Assembly: GCA_964016885.1 (NCBI GenBank)
Contig: OZ024751.1
Coordinates: 30,132,001 to 30,196,000, forward strand
Direction of reading: 5' to 3'
Length of the DNA stretch: 64,000 bases
Source of the DNA: Eledone cirrhosa
Lineage: Eukaryota
In this document: positions 28,521-43,589 of the stretch, in pieces
How positions within the stretch are numbered: position 1 is the stretch's first letter
How the letters are laid out: each line of letters begins with the position of its first letter
Notes under the pieces: model-generated
Databases searched by the model: none
The model's input: only the letters and a program-made list of their open reading frames with translations
Told to the model about the DNA's origin: nothing
Position numbers and translations under genes: made by a program

Positions 28521-29103
28521 AGTCCTACGTGGCCGTAAAAAAAAAAAGAGGTTGTCAGTCACTTTATTTATCGAACCTGGAAGGATGAAAGGCAAAATTG
28601 ACCCCCGAGGAGATTTGAACGTAAACAGCCGAGAGACAAAACAAATACCAAGACAAAGTATAATATTCAAAGCTCTAACAACGCTCCTAGCAATTCAACG
28701 CCATATTACAACTGTTACAAATGTTCGATTAATACAAGTTCGTGATCGGGGTTGTAAGAATTTATGAATGAAAACTGTATCGGTTGGAGAAAATATTATT
28801 TGTGGGGAGAAATAATGTATAAGGTTGACAAGCTAGCTTGCAATCTAGAGATCTGGATATAACCATAATTTCAGACGAAGAAACGGCAGGCGGCAAATGA
28901 CGCTAATCTATTCCATCAAATTTTATCGGATGTTGGTCTTAGTTGGTGAAGCGAGTTTACTTCTGTATAAATGTGTGAGAGAGAGAAGGGGTGGAGTGAA
29001 GAGTGTTTATCTGTTGTATGTGTGTGATTGCAAGTGTTGTATTGGGTTGTATACGTATGTTGATCAATTTATTTATTTGTATTATATGTGTTATATGTAA
29101 GTG

Positions 29104-29136
<33 letters not shown>

Positions 29137-29392
29137 TATATGTGTGTGTGTGTGTGTATGGTGGACATGTTTGTGAATATGCAACACTAATTCCATGGCT
29201 TTAAAATCTAAACAAACATCATGACTTTTCATTTTATTTCCTTCGTGTATACATACGTATGTACGTACATACGTACGTATGTATATATGTACGTATATAA
29301 ATGTGTGTATATATATATATATATATTTGGATATATTCACTGAAACGCATGCATGTATGTATATGTATGTATGTGTGTACATATGTATGTAC

Positions 29393-29433
<41 letters not shown>

Positions 29434-29538
29434 CCAAATACGGCAGAGTGATGAAGGATGTCGCTTCGCAATCACATCATTTCTTTGCTTGTTCTCAGTA
29501 CCACTGGTAACATTTGGTAGACGAAAACTGTGTGGAAG

Positions 29539-29591
<53 letters not shown>

Positions 29592-30069
29592 ATAATATGT
29601 ATATATGTATGAGAAAGAGAAGCAAAAGATGAAGATTTATTACGTAACGGCCGTTTCTGCTGCAATCTTGCGTGTAGCTGCAACGTTACGTGATTTACAC
29701 AATGAAAATTAAATAACTATTTGCAGTGCCCAGATTTTTTAAATCTTCAAAACCCAACATATATATATATATATATATATGTGTGTTTGTGTATGTATAT
29801 ATATATATACGTGTGTATGAATATATATATACGTGTGTATGAATATATATATATATACGTGTGTATGAATATATATATATATATATACGTGTGTGTGTAT
29901 ATATATATATATATACGTGTGTGTGTATATATATATATATATATGTGTGTGTATATGTGTGTATATGTGTGCATATGTGTGCATATGTGTGTGTGTATAT
30001 ATATATGTGTGTGTGTGTGTGTATATATGTGTGTGTGTATATATATATATGCGTATACGTGTGTATGTG

Positions 30070-30108
<39 letters not shown>

Positions 30109-30972
30109 TGGGAGTTTTATTTACATCCCAACACATTATTATGTGTGTGTGTCAATACTTCCTTCAGTTCCTTCTTTCTTCCTCTCCTTCTTTCTTCCTC
30201 TCCCTCTTTCTTCCTTCTTTCCTTCTCTTTCATTCAGTTTATTCAGCCATTATTATTCTATCTATTTAAAATAAAATAGCAAACTGGAAGATAAAATTCT
30301 CGTTTGTACAATGTTATGATGTTATCATAATAGAGCTGTGGATGGTGATGGAAGTACTGCTGTTGTTGTTGTTGGTGGTGGTGGTGTTGGTGGTGGTCGT
30401 GGTGGTGGTGGTGGTGGTGGTGGTGGTGGTGGTGGTGGTTATGATGGCAGTATTGTTGTTGATGATGATGATGATAATGATCATCATCATGGCAGTATTT
30501 GATGATGATGGTGTTGATGATCATGGCAATAATGTTGTTAGTGATGATGATGATGATGATCATCATCATCATCATCATCATCATAGCAGTATTTTATGAT
30601 GACGATGATGATGATGATGATGGCAGTACTATTGTTGGCGTTGGTGATGATGATGATGGCAGTATTTGATGATGATGATGATTATGATGATACTAATGGC
30701 AGTGTTGTTGTTATTGGGGATGATGATGATTGAAACAACGATGGAGGAGCTGTTGGCTCTATTCTTATCAATGCTGATGATGATGATGGTGGTGTTATAA
30801 TTTTGTTAATGATAATATCATTAACTTGATGGTTATCATTGAGACAGTAATGATGATAACGATGATGATGATGAACGTATATAATATAGTTAGCTTGACA
30901 GTTATGATGATGATGATGATGATGATGGTAGTGGTATAATTTTACTGATAAAACAATATTAGGTTTGACGGC

Positions 30973-31043
<71 letters not shown>

Positions 31044-31275
31044 CGTGGTGATGATATCGCAATGTTGATGATACTGGGTTTATGATGGTACGATATCATA
31101 GTATGACTGCTAAAATTTAAGGAGTTCTTATGATGATGATGATGATGATGATGATAAACAATTATGGTTGCAGTAGGTCCTGTTGTTGATCTTAATGACC
31201 CCGGAGTAATGGCGGCGGCGGTGGCGGTATTAATAAAAATAGTGATATAATAATAATATTATTCATAATAAAATA

Positions 31276-31730
31276 GTGGTGGTGGTGGTGATGATGGTGA
31301 TATTGATGATGGTGGTGAGGATGGTGATGACGATGATGATGGTGAGGATGGTGATGGTGACGATGATGATGGTGAGGATGGTGATGGTGAGGATGGTGGT
31401 GATGATGGTGATATTGATGATGGTGGTGAGGATGGTGATGGTGAGGATGGTGGTGATGATGGTGATATTGATGATGGTGGTGAGGATGGTGATGACGATG
31501 ATGATGGTGAGGATGGTGATGGTGAGGATGGTGGTGATGATGGTGATATTGATGATGGTGGTGAGGATGGTGATGGTGAGGATGGTGATGGTGAGGATGG
31601 TGGTGATGATGGTGATGGTGAGGATGGTGACGATGATAGTGGTGATGATGGTGATATTGATGATGGTGGTGATGGTGGTGGTGGTGATGATGGTGGTGAG
31701 GATGGTGATGGTGAGGATGGTGGTGATAAT
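31276..31730. repeat. (GAT/GGT)n minisatellite
   Basis: Direct inspection. Confidence 0.9.
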
Positions 31731-31748
31731 AATGCTTTCTTTATTAAC

Positions 31749-31945
31749 CATTACTGGTACTTTATTTTATCAACCCCGTAAGGATGAAAGTAAAGTTAAC
31801 CTCGGCGGGATTTGAACTCAGACTCTAAAGGGAATGGTGATAATAATAGTTTCTTATATAGGCACAAGGATTTGAACTCAGAACGTAAAGGGACATAACT
31901 CTATGCCGCTAAGCATGTTGTCCGACGTTCTACCGGATCTGCCCC
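31749..31945 (-). mobile_element. Two tandem partial SINE copies, one lacking its core
   Basis: Core fragment 31749-31832, then tail fused directly to the B-box (ggcacaagg|atttgaactcag). Confidence 0.8.
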
Positions 31946-32366
31946 CCCCCCCGTCAGTAATGATAATAATAATGATATTGATGATGGTTATGATGATGAT
32001 GTAAATCGTAGTGGTGGACATCGTTATGTTGATGATGATGATGATGGTAATGATGATGATTCTCATCATGACAACAGTGATCACGTGATAGGATAATATC
32101 TGTATGGTGAAGATGATGACGTTAGTATGGATATGACTGTTATGATGATGATTATGATGATGATGATGATTACATGGATGTTGGTATTGTGCCCCTGGGT
32201 GGAGGCTGGAGGGACGGGGTTGCGGAGGGGATAGGCGCTGGTGTAGTGTTGAAGAATGGTAAGCGTATAAATCAAAACAAATTAAAATATATTAATAATA
32301 AATGTAAAAAAAAGAAAGAAACAAGCCTACAAAACACATCCAACAACACCCAACCACGTATTTCTG

Positions 32367-32433
<67 letters not shown>

Positions 32434-32450
32434 TTATTAGTGGGTGTATG

Positions 32451-32522
<72 letters not shown>

Positions 32523-33657
32523 TATTTATTAATGGGTGTATGCACATATATATATATACATACATACATATATATATATATACACACACACACACATTTA
32601 TATATGTGTGTGTGTGATTGTGTATATATATATATATATATGCGTGGATCTCTATATATATATAGTGGATGTATATATATATATATATATATATATACAT
32701 TAGTGGATGTTTATATATTTATATTAGTGGCTGTATACATACATATAGATATAACATTATCAAATTGCATTTATACAGATATAATCTTATCACACACACA
32801 CACACACACACACACATACATATATACATATATACATATATACATATATACATAAATATATATATATATATATATATGTATGCACACATGCATAAACTTA
32901 AATTTCTTCTTTTTTTCCTGTTTGTTTAAATGTTCCGCTACAGTAGTTTACTCGAGATGAATCCACTCCGAAAGTTCTAGAAGAGTTTCATTGAATTATC
33001 GCCGACATTCATTAAAAGAAAGGAGGAAAAACCTTATTTCCTCTACAGTCAGCAAGTTTTTCTATGTCAGTAAGTATACATGTCTTTCTCGCTCTCTTTC
33101 TCTATCTTTGTCTCTCTCTCTCTCTCTCTCGCTCTCTCGCTCTCTCTCTCTATCTTTGTCTCTCTTTCTCTCTCTCTCTCGCTTTCTCGCTCTCTCTCTC
33201 TCTCTCCCTCTCTCCTGTCTCTCTGCCCCTCTACCCTGTCTCTCTCTCCCCCTCTCTTTCTCCATCTTCCCCCTCTCTTTCTATTTCTCTTTCTCCATCT
33301 CCCCCTCTCTCTTTCTATTTCTCTTTCTCCCTCCCATCAATCACCCTTTCCTTTTCTTTCTCTCTCTCTTTCTCTCTCTCTTTCTCCCCTCACTCTCTCT
33401 CTTTCTCTCTCTCCCTCTCCCCTCACTCTCTCTTTCTCTCTCTCCGCTCACTCTCTCTCTCTTTCTCTCTCTCCGCTCACTCTCTCTCTTTCTCTCTCTC
33501 CCCTCACTCTCTCTCTTTCTCTCTCTCCGCTCACTCTCTCTCTTTCTCCCCCCCCCCTCGCTCTCTCTCTTACTGCCTCTCTCACTTACTCTCCTCCCCC
33601 CGCTCTCTTCGTGTTTATGTGTATGTATATGTCTCTCATCCGGTGTGTTAGTGTTCA

Positions 33658-33690
<33 letters not shown>

Positions 33691-34001
33691 TCATGGGTCC
33701 GTCCGTGTGTGTGTTTGTACATGTATATCTGTGTTCGTGTGTGTTTGTGAACGTGTGTGTACGTGTGTTCATGTGTATGTGTTTGTCTGCGTGTGGGTTT
33801 GTGTACGTGTGTGTGTGTACGTGTGTTTCATTTATGATATTATTATGATATGAAACCAAGCAGACGACTGGCATGTGTAACAGCCATTAAGGTCTGAGCT
33901 ATTGGTAAAGATGAGATGAACAAACAAATGTTGGTCTGGAGTTTATATATATATACATATATACATATATACTTACATGCACACACACACACACATATTT
34001 A

Positions 34002-34032
<31 letters not shown>

Positions 34033-34100
34033 CTTACTTTCTTCCCCTTCTGTGTAAGTGTGTGTGTATTTATATTTGTATGTGTATATATGTGTATATA

Positions 34101-34180
<80 letters not shown>

Positions 34181-34806
34181 AGACAAGAATCCTGACGTTT
34201 CATACAAAACCCTTCCTCGGAGAAAGAATATTTTAATTTGTTCATTATTTTAGTTGTTTTAATTTTTTTTTTATCTCATACGAAGGGCTTTTCTTGAATC
34301 CCTAGGATGTTTGTCTCCTTGACAATATAGTGACTTGAAGGGTTTTATTGACACAGTGCAACACAGATTTAATTCGGGGTTCTGGTTTTTACTATGAACC
34401 AGACAATAGAGCGCGACTGTTTAGGAAACCCAACTTGATTGATCAAATATATTTTAATAAATATGCCTAGCGTAATGGTCGTGCTCCAATTTTGCAGTTT
34501 CATTTCACAATCAAAGGTTACAATCTGAATTTCAGATATCAGAATATTGAATTATTTTCCAGACTCAATTTAACTGCAGTAGAACACTATTGTTCCCTCC
34601 ACTGATACTCTCACCCATTGAAACCTTCGTAATCAAATGTGACCCCATGATTAGCCATATGCGACATTTGAATCTCTTGGCAGAATTTGAACTCAGAATT
34701 TGAACTCAGAATTCAGAACACCGCAAATCATTTCTTCATACGCTCAAACAGTTCCGCCAGTTCAGGGTTTCCCAAACTTTTTTCAAACGCAGAACACTTT
34801 GTGGTT

Positions 34807-34852
<46 letters not shown>

Positions 34853-34962
34853 AAATAGTTAAACAAGATTCAATGAGTATGTCAAAGAATGAGTTTTACA
34901 GTAGATTGACTACCTTGATTAAATTTTAACCATTTAACATCTCAGGGTATATCATGTATTAT

Positions 34963-35021
34963 TATATTTTGTCTGATGAGGACGTACAGTCGCACATCCG
35001 AAATATGTATAATAAAATGTA
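34963..35021 (+). ncRNA. Type I hammerhead ribozyme motif in a second (TA)n-embedded element (about 34850-35063)
   Basis: 10-bp stem I UAUAUUUUGU/AUAAAAUGUA, CUGAUGA at 34973-34979, stem II GGACGUAC/GCACAUCC (2 mismatches), GAAA at 35000-35003, then UAUGUA-UA. Confidence 0.75.
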
Positions 35022-35058
35022 ATTGATCAAAAGAACATCTATTTTAATAATATTTGTA

Positions 35059-35101
<43 letters not shown>

Positions 35102-35221
35102 TTGTGTGTATGTATATGTATTGAAAATCTGCAGAGACGCGACCGAGGATATCATAAATGAGAGTAATGCTTTATTCATGGGAAGGAGCAGAGTGGGTGT
35201 AAATGAAGATATGAACCAGCC

Positions 35222-35305
<84 letters not shown>

Positions 35306-35390
35306 CACGCGCGCACACGCACACGCGCACGTCTAAGTCTCTTTCCAGTGGCTGCTAATACCTTACCGGCGCCACTCGAATAAGGTAATT

Positions 35391-35550
35391 ATTTAACCCA
35401 TAAATGGGGCCCTAACAGGTTCTACTACTCCGGGCCAGAGCAGACCTGGGAGTTATGACAACTAAGGGGTAACTCCACATTCCCCATAGCTCCTGAACTC
35501 CCGAACTGGAGCCTTGCCACTTGATGTAGTTTAATGTCATACCCAGGACA
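35391..35550 (-). mobile_element. Fragment of a different SINE-like interspersed repeat
   Basis: Minus strand tgtcctgggtatgacattaaact...ggctccagtt...ctcccaggtctgctctggcccggagtagtag is recognised from memory as a common mollusc SINE-like body. Single copy here. Confidence 0.5.
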
Positions 35551-36975
35551 ACAAACACACACACACACATATACATATATAATGGGTTTTTTTACTCCGT
35601 TTGTCTCTCTTTCTGTATGTATCCATTAGCTTGCCTGTCTTCTCTCCCTTTCTCTACATCTCTCAGGTATTAGAGACATAAATAAAGTGATTTAGCTGCA
35701 AAGCTCGAATCAAACCTGTGTCGTGAACTGGCGTTTTGTCAGTTTAAATCTTATTCTACCGCGTCCGTCACAGCATGTATTAAAATATTTAATGAAACTA
35801 ACTGAGGGAGATAATAAAAACAAAACCAACAAAACCAACAAAACAACAACAGCAACAACAACAAAAAAATTACAACCAAAAATAACTGTGAATCTTTCTT
35901 AATTCCAGCGCTGGGTCGCAGACCGAAAACTTCGCTTATTAATTCTAGACAATTTTTTATTCATTTATTTTCTTAGACCAAATTTTTGGACATCTCTCTT
36001 ACTGCCGCTCCTTCCTCTCTTTCTCTCGCCCTTCCTCTCTTTCTCTCACCCTTCCTCTCTTTCTCTACCTCTTCCTTTCTTTCGCCTTCTCCAGCATGCT
36101 TTCTCTCTCTCTCTCTGGCACCACTAATCAGACAGGGAAACATTTACTCTTTCTCCTTTTTCTTTCCACCTATGTCTGTACTCCACCCCTCTCTTCTTCT
36201 CTCTTTATTTCCACCCACCCACTCTATGTCTCTCTCTCTCTCTCTCTCTCCCTCTCCCCCTCTCTCTCTCTCTGACGATCGTTATTTTCAGAGGAATTAT
36301 GGTGGCCCACTTTTTAAATATTTTAAAATTAATTTTAAAGTCCCGTTTTGATCTAAAATTTCTTTGATATTTTCACAGAAAATTATTAACTGCGTAGAAA
36401 TTTTTAATTTTTAATTTTTCGTTTCTTTTTTTAATATTTTTTGTCCTTGTTTTTGCTTTAAAATATCTTTCTAATTTTTAATTTATTTATTTTTATCATT
36501 TTTTTATATAACATTTTATTTTAAATGTATTATTTCTTGAAATTATGGAAATCAGTGATTGGCAATGCTTTTGTCTTTATATATCGCATTTTCAGTTTTC
36601 TCACTCAAACCACGACATAATTAGAGATTCTGTTTTTGATTATTTATATTTATATTTTTTTATATTCATTTATATATTTATTTATATTTATATTTTTATA
36701 GTTATTTATATATTTATTTATTTATATATTTATTTATTTTGTAGATTATCTGATCGGTTTCTTGTCCAAATATGGTGTAATTGGAGACCCTAACGGAAAG
36801 GAAAGTATAAAAGAAAATTATTAATAATAGTAATAATGTTGATAATAATGATAATGATGACATCTTTATTTGCAACGAGGGCAACACAAATATTATACAT
36901 AAATACATAAATCATTTAAGTATACTCACGTAGTCAAACATCATCAAGTCTACATACATACAAACGAAATCTTAC

Positions 36976-37041
<66 letters not shown>

Positions 37042-37329
37042 ATATATTATTGTCGGACATGGAAAGAGTACTCAACACCGATAGAAAGTATTAGCAATTG
37101 GAAAGACCAATGGAAACATTGTTTCCTTGGTCCGATTTGATGAAAGTCGATCGACTGTCGATATATATATGTTTAATGTTTGTTTGTTCTGCTCATCTCA
37201 ATTTTTATAGTTCTGGTATCTCAAATTAGTACCATTGAACACCAATTATATTATAGAAACCCTATATATCTCTATGGGTACTTAGTACCCAGAGAGATAT
37301 TTACCTCATTTTATATATATATATATATA

Positions 37330-37555
37330 TAGGAAAAGAGTCAGGACCCCGACGGCTGAGTTCCGGCCGTTTCGACAACTAGATCCGAACCAAACCAGGA
37401 TTACTACTGGTTTATTTTGGATCTAGCTGTCGAAACGGCCGGAGCTCAGTCGTCGGGATCTTGACTCTTTTCCTATTACCTACTCTACTACCCTAAGTAT
37501 CGAGTACTCTGGTGCGTTATGGCCCACCTGGTTCCTTACCACACTTCCTTTGTTA
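37330..37555 (+). mobile_element. Fold-back element family G in (TA)n
   Basis: Inverted arms 37330-37398 and 37407-37475, then a 3' tail with atcgagtact. Second copy at 47237-47422. Confidence 0.75.
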
Positions 37556-38269
37556 TATATATATATATATATGAATAAAGTTAGTCCTTCATCAGTGATC
37601 TTCCAACCATCATTGGTATTTCATCATATATATACGTTGGTAGAAATCCGTAGATGAAAGATCAAGGAAAACAGTGCTCGATCTGTTGGCAGAGAGCTTG
37701 TTTAGTGTCAGCAAAGTTTCATACTCTTAACATGTCTGTGCTACCAATGGTTGTGTATGAAACTTTGTTTACATTTTTTCTACCTGGATTTGCGACCGAT
37801 AGATCGTATTAGCAATTGGAAAGACCAATGGAAACATTGTTTTCTCGATCCGATTTGCCGAGCTCCTTCCCGCTCTTAAGCAAATGAGGTCTGGGGTCTT
37901 GTCGATCGACTCAACCGCCACTAGAACGAGTGGCAATAATGACCACACCCCGTTCTGGGTCCATTCGCGCCTCTGATTCCATGGATGATGTTTTAAAAAT
38001 ATAAAATTTAGAATTTTACTCCAGCAAAGTTCAAAAATGTCGATTTACAATATAAAATTAAAATGTAAGCCCCTGCCTTAACCTCAATATAGGAATATAT
38101 TTGGCGTTAATAAGTTGCAAAAAAATTTAGAAATTTATAAACCAAATTTTTCAATAAATTAATACTGCTTTAAATTTCATATTTTTCTCTTATTAAATTT
38201 TCAATTTGTTTACCCCTACCTCCATCATAACCCTGAAAAACCTTCAAATTATATCCCCACCTACCCGTG

Positions 38270-38710
38270 AGGCAGAATCGTTTGAGCATCGGACAAAATA
38301 CTTTGCGGTATTTATTCCGTCCCTATGGAAGTGGATAGACAGTATAGGTTGGGCGTAGGACAACATGCTTTGCGGCATAGAGTTGCGGCCCTTTATGTTC
38401 TGAGTTCAAATCCTGCTGAGGTTAGCTTTGCCTTTCATCCTTACAAGGTCGATAAAATAAAGTACCAGTCACGCACTGAGGTCGATTTAATCGGCTTTCC
38501 CCTCCCCCCGAAATTGTTGGCCTCGTGCCTCAGTCAGAAATCATTATATATTCTGACTCTTTAAGTTCTGAGTTCAAATCCTGCTAAAGCCAACTTTACC
38601 TTTCGTCCTTCTGGAGTTGATTGAAGTACCAGTTAAGTACTGGGGTCGATATAACCAACTTTCTTCTTCCATAAAATTGCTGACCTTATGCTAAAATTAT
38701 GAATCGTATT
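38270..38710 (+). mobile_element. Nested SINEs: L copy 38325-38548 inside an older copy
   Basis: The old head 38270-38324 resumes at about 38550 with B-box, core and tail. Confidence 0.75.
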
Positions 38711-39122
38711 AACATTAATAGAGAGGAGGATAGCCTCAAGCTAATGTTATAAATAATTATATGGGTAACAAAAAGTGGATGTGGGTAAATCAATGGGTAT
38801 AAAACGATTGCTAAAAATATGGGTACGACTGTTGATAATATAAAAGGTAGGGGAGGGGGTACCAGCATTTTGTTCCGGAGGAAGTGGCCACCACCCGCGC
38901 CAGGCTTGAAACATACTCGTTTGCTTCCAGAGGGGAAATGAGAAACAAGTAGTTATTCAGTACATAGCTGCTCCCTTATTTGTTGACCACAACAAGGATT
39001 TGAACTCAGAGCGCAGCGACCCGGAAGAAATATGAATATATATCGATCTGTGGTTATACAGCTTTAAATTGTACACATATATACGCACACACCGACGCAC
39101 AGTCAAAACATTAATATACAAT

Positions 39123-39157
<35 letters not shown>

Positions 39158-39270
39158 GTATATACACACATAAATATATACACACACAAATACATATATA
39201 CATAAATATATATATACATAAATATATAGATATAATATATATATATATATATAATATATACATATATATT

Positions 39271-39302
<32 letters not shown>

Positions 39303-39520
39303 ATATATATTTATATATATATATATATATATACATATATACATATATATATACACACATAGATATACATATGTATAACTATGTGTGTATATAGATATAT
39401 ACATATATACATACATATGTATATATATGTGTGTGTGTGTGTGTGTATATACACACACACACACACAGATATATACACACACACACGCACGTATATATAT
39501 ATATATTTGTGTGCGCATAT

Positions 39521-39551
<31 letters not shown>

Positions 39552-40005
39552 TACATACATATATATACATATATATGTATATATATGTATATATATATTT
39601 CGAAGCTGATATATTTATTTTCTCTCACCACCACCGCCACCACTCTACGGTTGATTTATTAGTTAACTGCCTCATTTACAATCATTATCAAATCCACAGC
39701 GTTCGTCCGACATCTCATCTCATTTTCTAAGTCTACACCACCACCACCACCACCACTATCACACCAACCACCATCACCTTCATCAACATCTCCACAACTA
39801 CCACTATCAGCACTATCACTACAACCACCACTACCATCCCCATCACCAGCATTACTACGACCACCACAATCAACACCACCCCTACCACCTGTACCAGCAC
39901 CTCCCTATCCATGTGTAGGGGGGATTCACCACCATTGCCACCAGCACCAATACCACCACCACCACCACCACTTCAGTTACTTTTATCACTACAATCGCCA
40001 CTACC

Positions 40006-40205
40006 NNNNNNNNNNNNNNNNNNNNNNNNNNNNNNNNNNNNNNNNNNNNNNNNNNNNNNNNNNNNNNNNNNNNNNNNNNNNNNNNNNNNNNNNNNNNNNN
40101 NNNNNNNNNNNNNNNNNNNNNNNNNNNNNNNNNNNNNNNNNNNNNNNNNNNNNNNNNNNNNNNNNNNNNNNNNNNNNNNNNNNNNNNNNNNNNNNNNNNN
40201 NNNNN
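40006..40205. other. Assembly gap (200 N)
   Basis: Run of N. True size unknown. Confidence 0.99.
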
Positions 40206-40367
40206 TTTAATATAGAAGAGCTTCTACAGGACTAGAACTGTTTCATATATATGTGTGTATATATATATATGTATGTATGTATGTATGTGTATGCATATAT
40301 ATATATATTTATATGCATACACACACACACATACATACATACATATATATATATACACACATATATA

Positions 40368-40433
<66 letters not shown>

Positions 40434-40480
40434 AGGGTGAAAGCAGCGATTCTTTGCTTAAACTTTAATCTGTTATTTTA

Positions 40481-40546
<66 letters not shown>

Positions 40547-40858
40547 ATACTTTGGGAGGGTCATGTTGCCAATAAGAAACACACGCACCAGTTGTTTCAC
40601 TTCAATTTATTATAATAAATTTATAAATTTCCGGTTGGTTGGTTCCACAACCAGATGGTTGTTTATATATTGTCAAAGTTCTTTCGTCACACATTCTGTG
40701 ACTGGGGATTCTTTTCTTTGTTTTTTGTGCCTCTCCTTTGTTTCTGTCCTACGCCATCTTGTTTTTGTGCGTCCAAAGTATAACAATATCGGTTTCAACA
40801 CACGTTTTCAGATAAAGAATCTTGCTAAACAAATTCAGAAACGATATATATATATATA

Positions 40859-40902
<44 letters not shown>

Positions 40903-40939
40903 GCATATTTAACCTGTACTTTGGTATAGTCAACTACAT

Positions 40940-41105
<166 letters not shown>

Positions 41106-41264
41106 TATATATATGTAGTTGACTATACCAAAGTACAGTTTAAATATGCATTTTATTCATGCTAAATGATGGCCTTGTGAGACGCAGGCAAAACTCCAGA
41201 GTAACAAGACTCAGTATTTAGCCTTAATAATATATATATATACATATATATACATATATATATA

Positions 41265-41322
<58 letters not shown>

Positions 41323-41330
41323 TATACACA

Positions 41331-41369
<39 letters not shown>

Positions 41370-41476
41370 ATGGAGCTGCGGCGTTGCAAATGGGTTACAT
41401 ATGAAAAAAGTTTGTCCTTCATCAGTGATCTTCCAACCATCATAGGCATTTCATCGCTATGTTTTATATACCCTTC

Positions 41477-41570
<94 letters not shown>

Positions 41571-41891
41571 TTGGTGTGTTTGAGGGGAATTCTTGCACAA
41601 AATTTGGCCAAGTGCCTGTCTGAAAAGAAATCGTTATAATAATTTATTTATCTCGATAGTTCATGCTGTTGTTATTGTTGTGTGTTGCGTCAGTTAAATT
41701 CTCCAGTTGAATCTGTCAGTGTCTGCCTGAACTCAGTTGTTGTTGTTGTTGTTGTTGTTGTGTCTGTCTGTGTATTAACGGGCGATGTCTGTCAAAATGT
41801 CGGCCGCTCTAACGACAACCAACGACGAACGAACAACGGTATATCTTGATAGGCTGGAAGACATTGGTTAGATCTATACAAGAAATATATG

Positions 41892-41959
<68 letters not shown>

Positions 41960-42259
41960 TTATATATATATATATATATATATGTATATGTATATGTATA
42001 TGTATATATATATATACATATATATAAGATATATATATCAGATATATAAATATACTTACAAACACACACACGTGTGTGCATATGAGGAGGAGAGTAGAGG
42101 GAGGAAGTGTGGAGTTTAGAACAGTAGACTGACAAAGAAAAGGCAGTAACAGATTTATGTGATATGCATGGCTGTGCAGACATTGAAATATATTGAAAAA
42201 CAGAGAGGTGTAAGTAGATAGAAATAGAGAAAAAAAACGGTTGACAGTAGGGGAGAGAC

Positions 42260-42295
<36 letters not shown>

Positions 42296-43589
42296 AATCT
42301 ATTGGGAAAATATACCTGGTGGAACAATGTTGTCCCAATGTATGATTTAATGGAAATTTGACTGCTGTTTCTAGCAAGTTGAGTGATCGCGTAGAAGCTC
42401 TCCCTCATAGGAGTTGTGTCTGAGATAAAATGAAATTAACTGAAATTTACAGCTCACACCTATGTAAGTTTAGCTGACCTCTTATAGAGGTTGTATCTCA
42501 TAGAAGGTTTTTTAGCTGTTTCATTGATAGGGACCCCAGCCCTATCATGTTATAACTCGTACATTATGTAGGTTTCACCTGGCCTCCTAAGGAGGTTATA
42601 ACTCATAGGAGGTTTCTCGGGTGTTTTAATGCTAGCAGCCCCAGTATCATCATGTTGGTACAGCTCACACCTATGTAAGTTTAGCTGGCCTCCTCCAGGT
42701 CATTCACGACTCAGCAAGACCTGTAATCAAAGACCTAGCAACCATGACTATTACGTACTTATCTCAAGCATTGTCTACCTAAGGATAGATTTATTTAATG
42801 TGTTCATTTCTTTTCTAGAGACAGATAAAGAGAAAGCGGTAAAGAGAGTAATGGAGTGGGAGAGTAATTCGGGTTAGATGTGGCTGCTCTAGAGTTTGAA
42901 GGCTTAACTTGTCATCAAGTAGCTTTTTTATTTTTATTTTGTGGACGCAGAACTTACATATTAATTTTGATCGACTGTTCCGTCGATCAAATAACCCGAG
43001 CACTTATTCACCGTCGAAACTGACGGAAGTCCACTCCATAATTTTTTTTTCCCCCATTTTTGATTTAAAATATTCTCTGTATGAAATGATTGCACCTACT
43101 TAACAGTTGATTATCATGCAGATGGCGTGTCTTAATAATTTAATAGTCTTATAATGTCTTATTTATTTATTCATTTAGTTAGTTAGTTATTTATTTAGTT
43201 ATTTATTTAATATCTACGCCAATAAATATACATTACTGTCTCTTAAACTTTCCTATTCGGTATCTAAAAGATACGGTCAGTCTGCACGTGACACAAGAGT
43301 TCCATTTAATGGTGGACGAAAGCTTATTTTTATTATGTTGCATATGTTATTAAGATAAAACTCAAAGTAAGATCAGATATAAGGTAAAAGAAATGTGATA
43401 TTAATTCATAAACGAATATTATGTATGGCTTGTTTCCCCCCCCCCCCCACACACAATTATGGGAGATAACTCCGAACATGTTTCGTTCTGTTGGAGCTCT
43501 TCGTTCCGTCTAAGTATAAACCCACCGTAACAACGAGGCGTCGGATCGTATCCCTAAGTCTTCTTAATTCTTCTTTATTTTCCTTCATT

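Noticed and set aside
34764-34810. hAT-like TIR cagggtttcccaaactttt
   Set aside because: Only one end is visible and it is too short to call an element.
41400-41460. Minus-strand GAAA...CUGAUGA as a permuted hammerhead (also 37575-37625)
   Set aside because: Stem II cannot form and the cleavage site is not conserved between the two copies.
41572-41880. Possible solo LTR (minus-strand TG...CA with AATAAA)
   Set aside because: No TSD and no second copy in the window.
43465-43510. Minus-strand GAAGA-GCUC..GAAC-GAAA-CAUG hammerhead-like string
   Set aside because: Core lacks CU, stem II is mismatched and there is no stem I.
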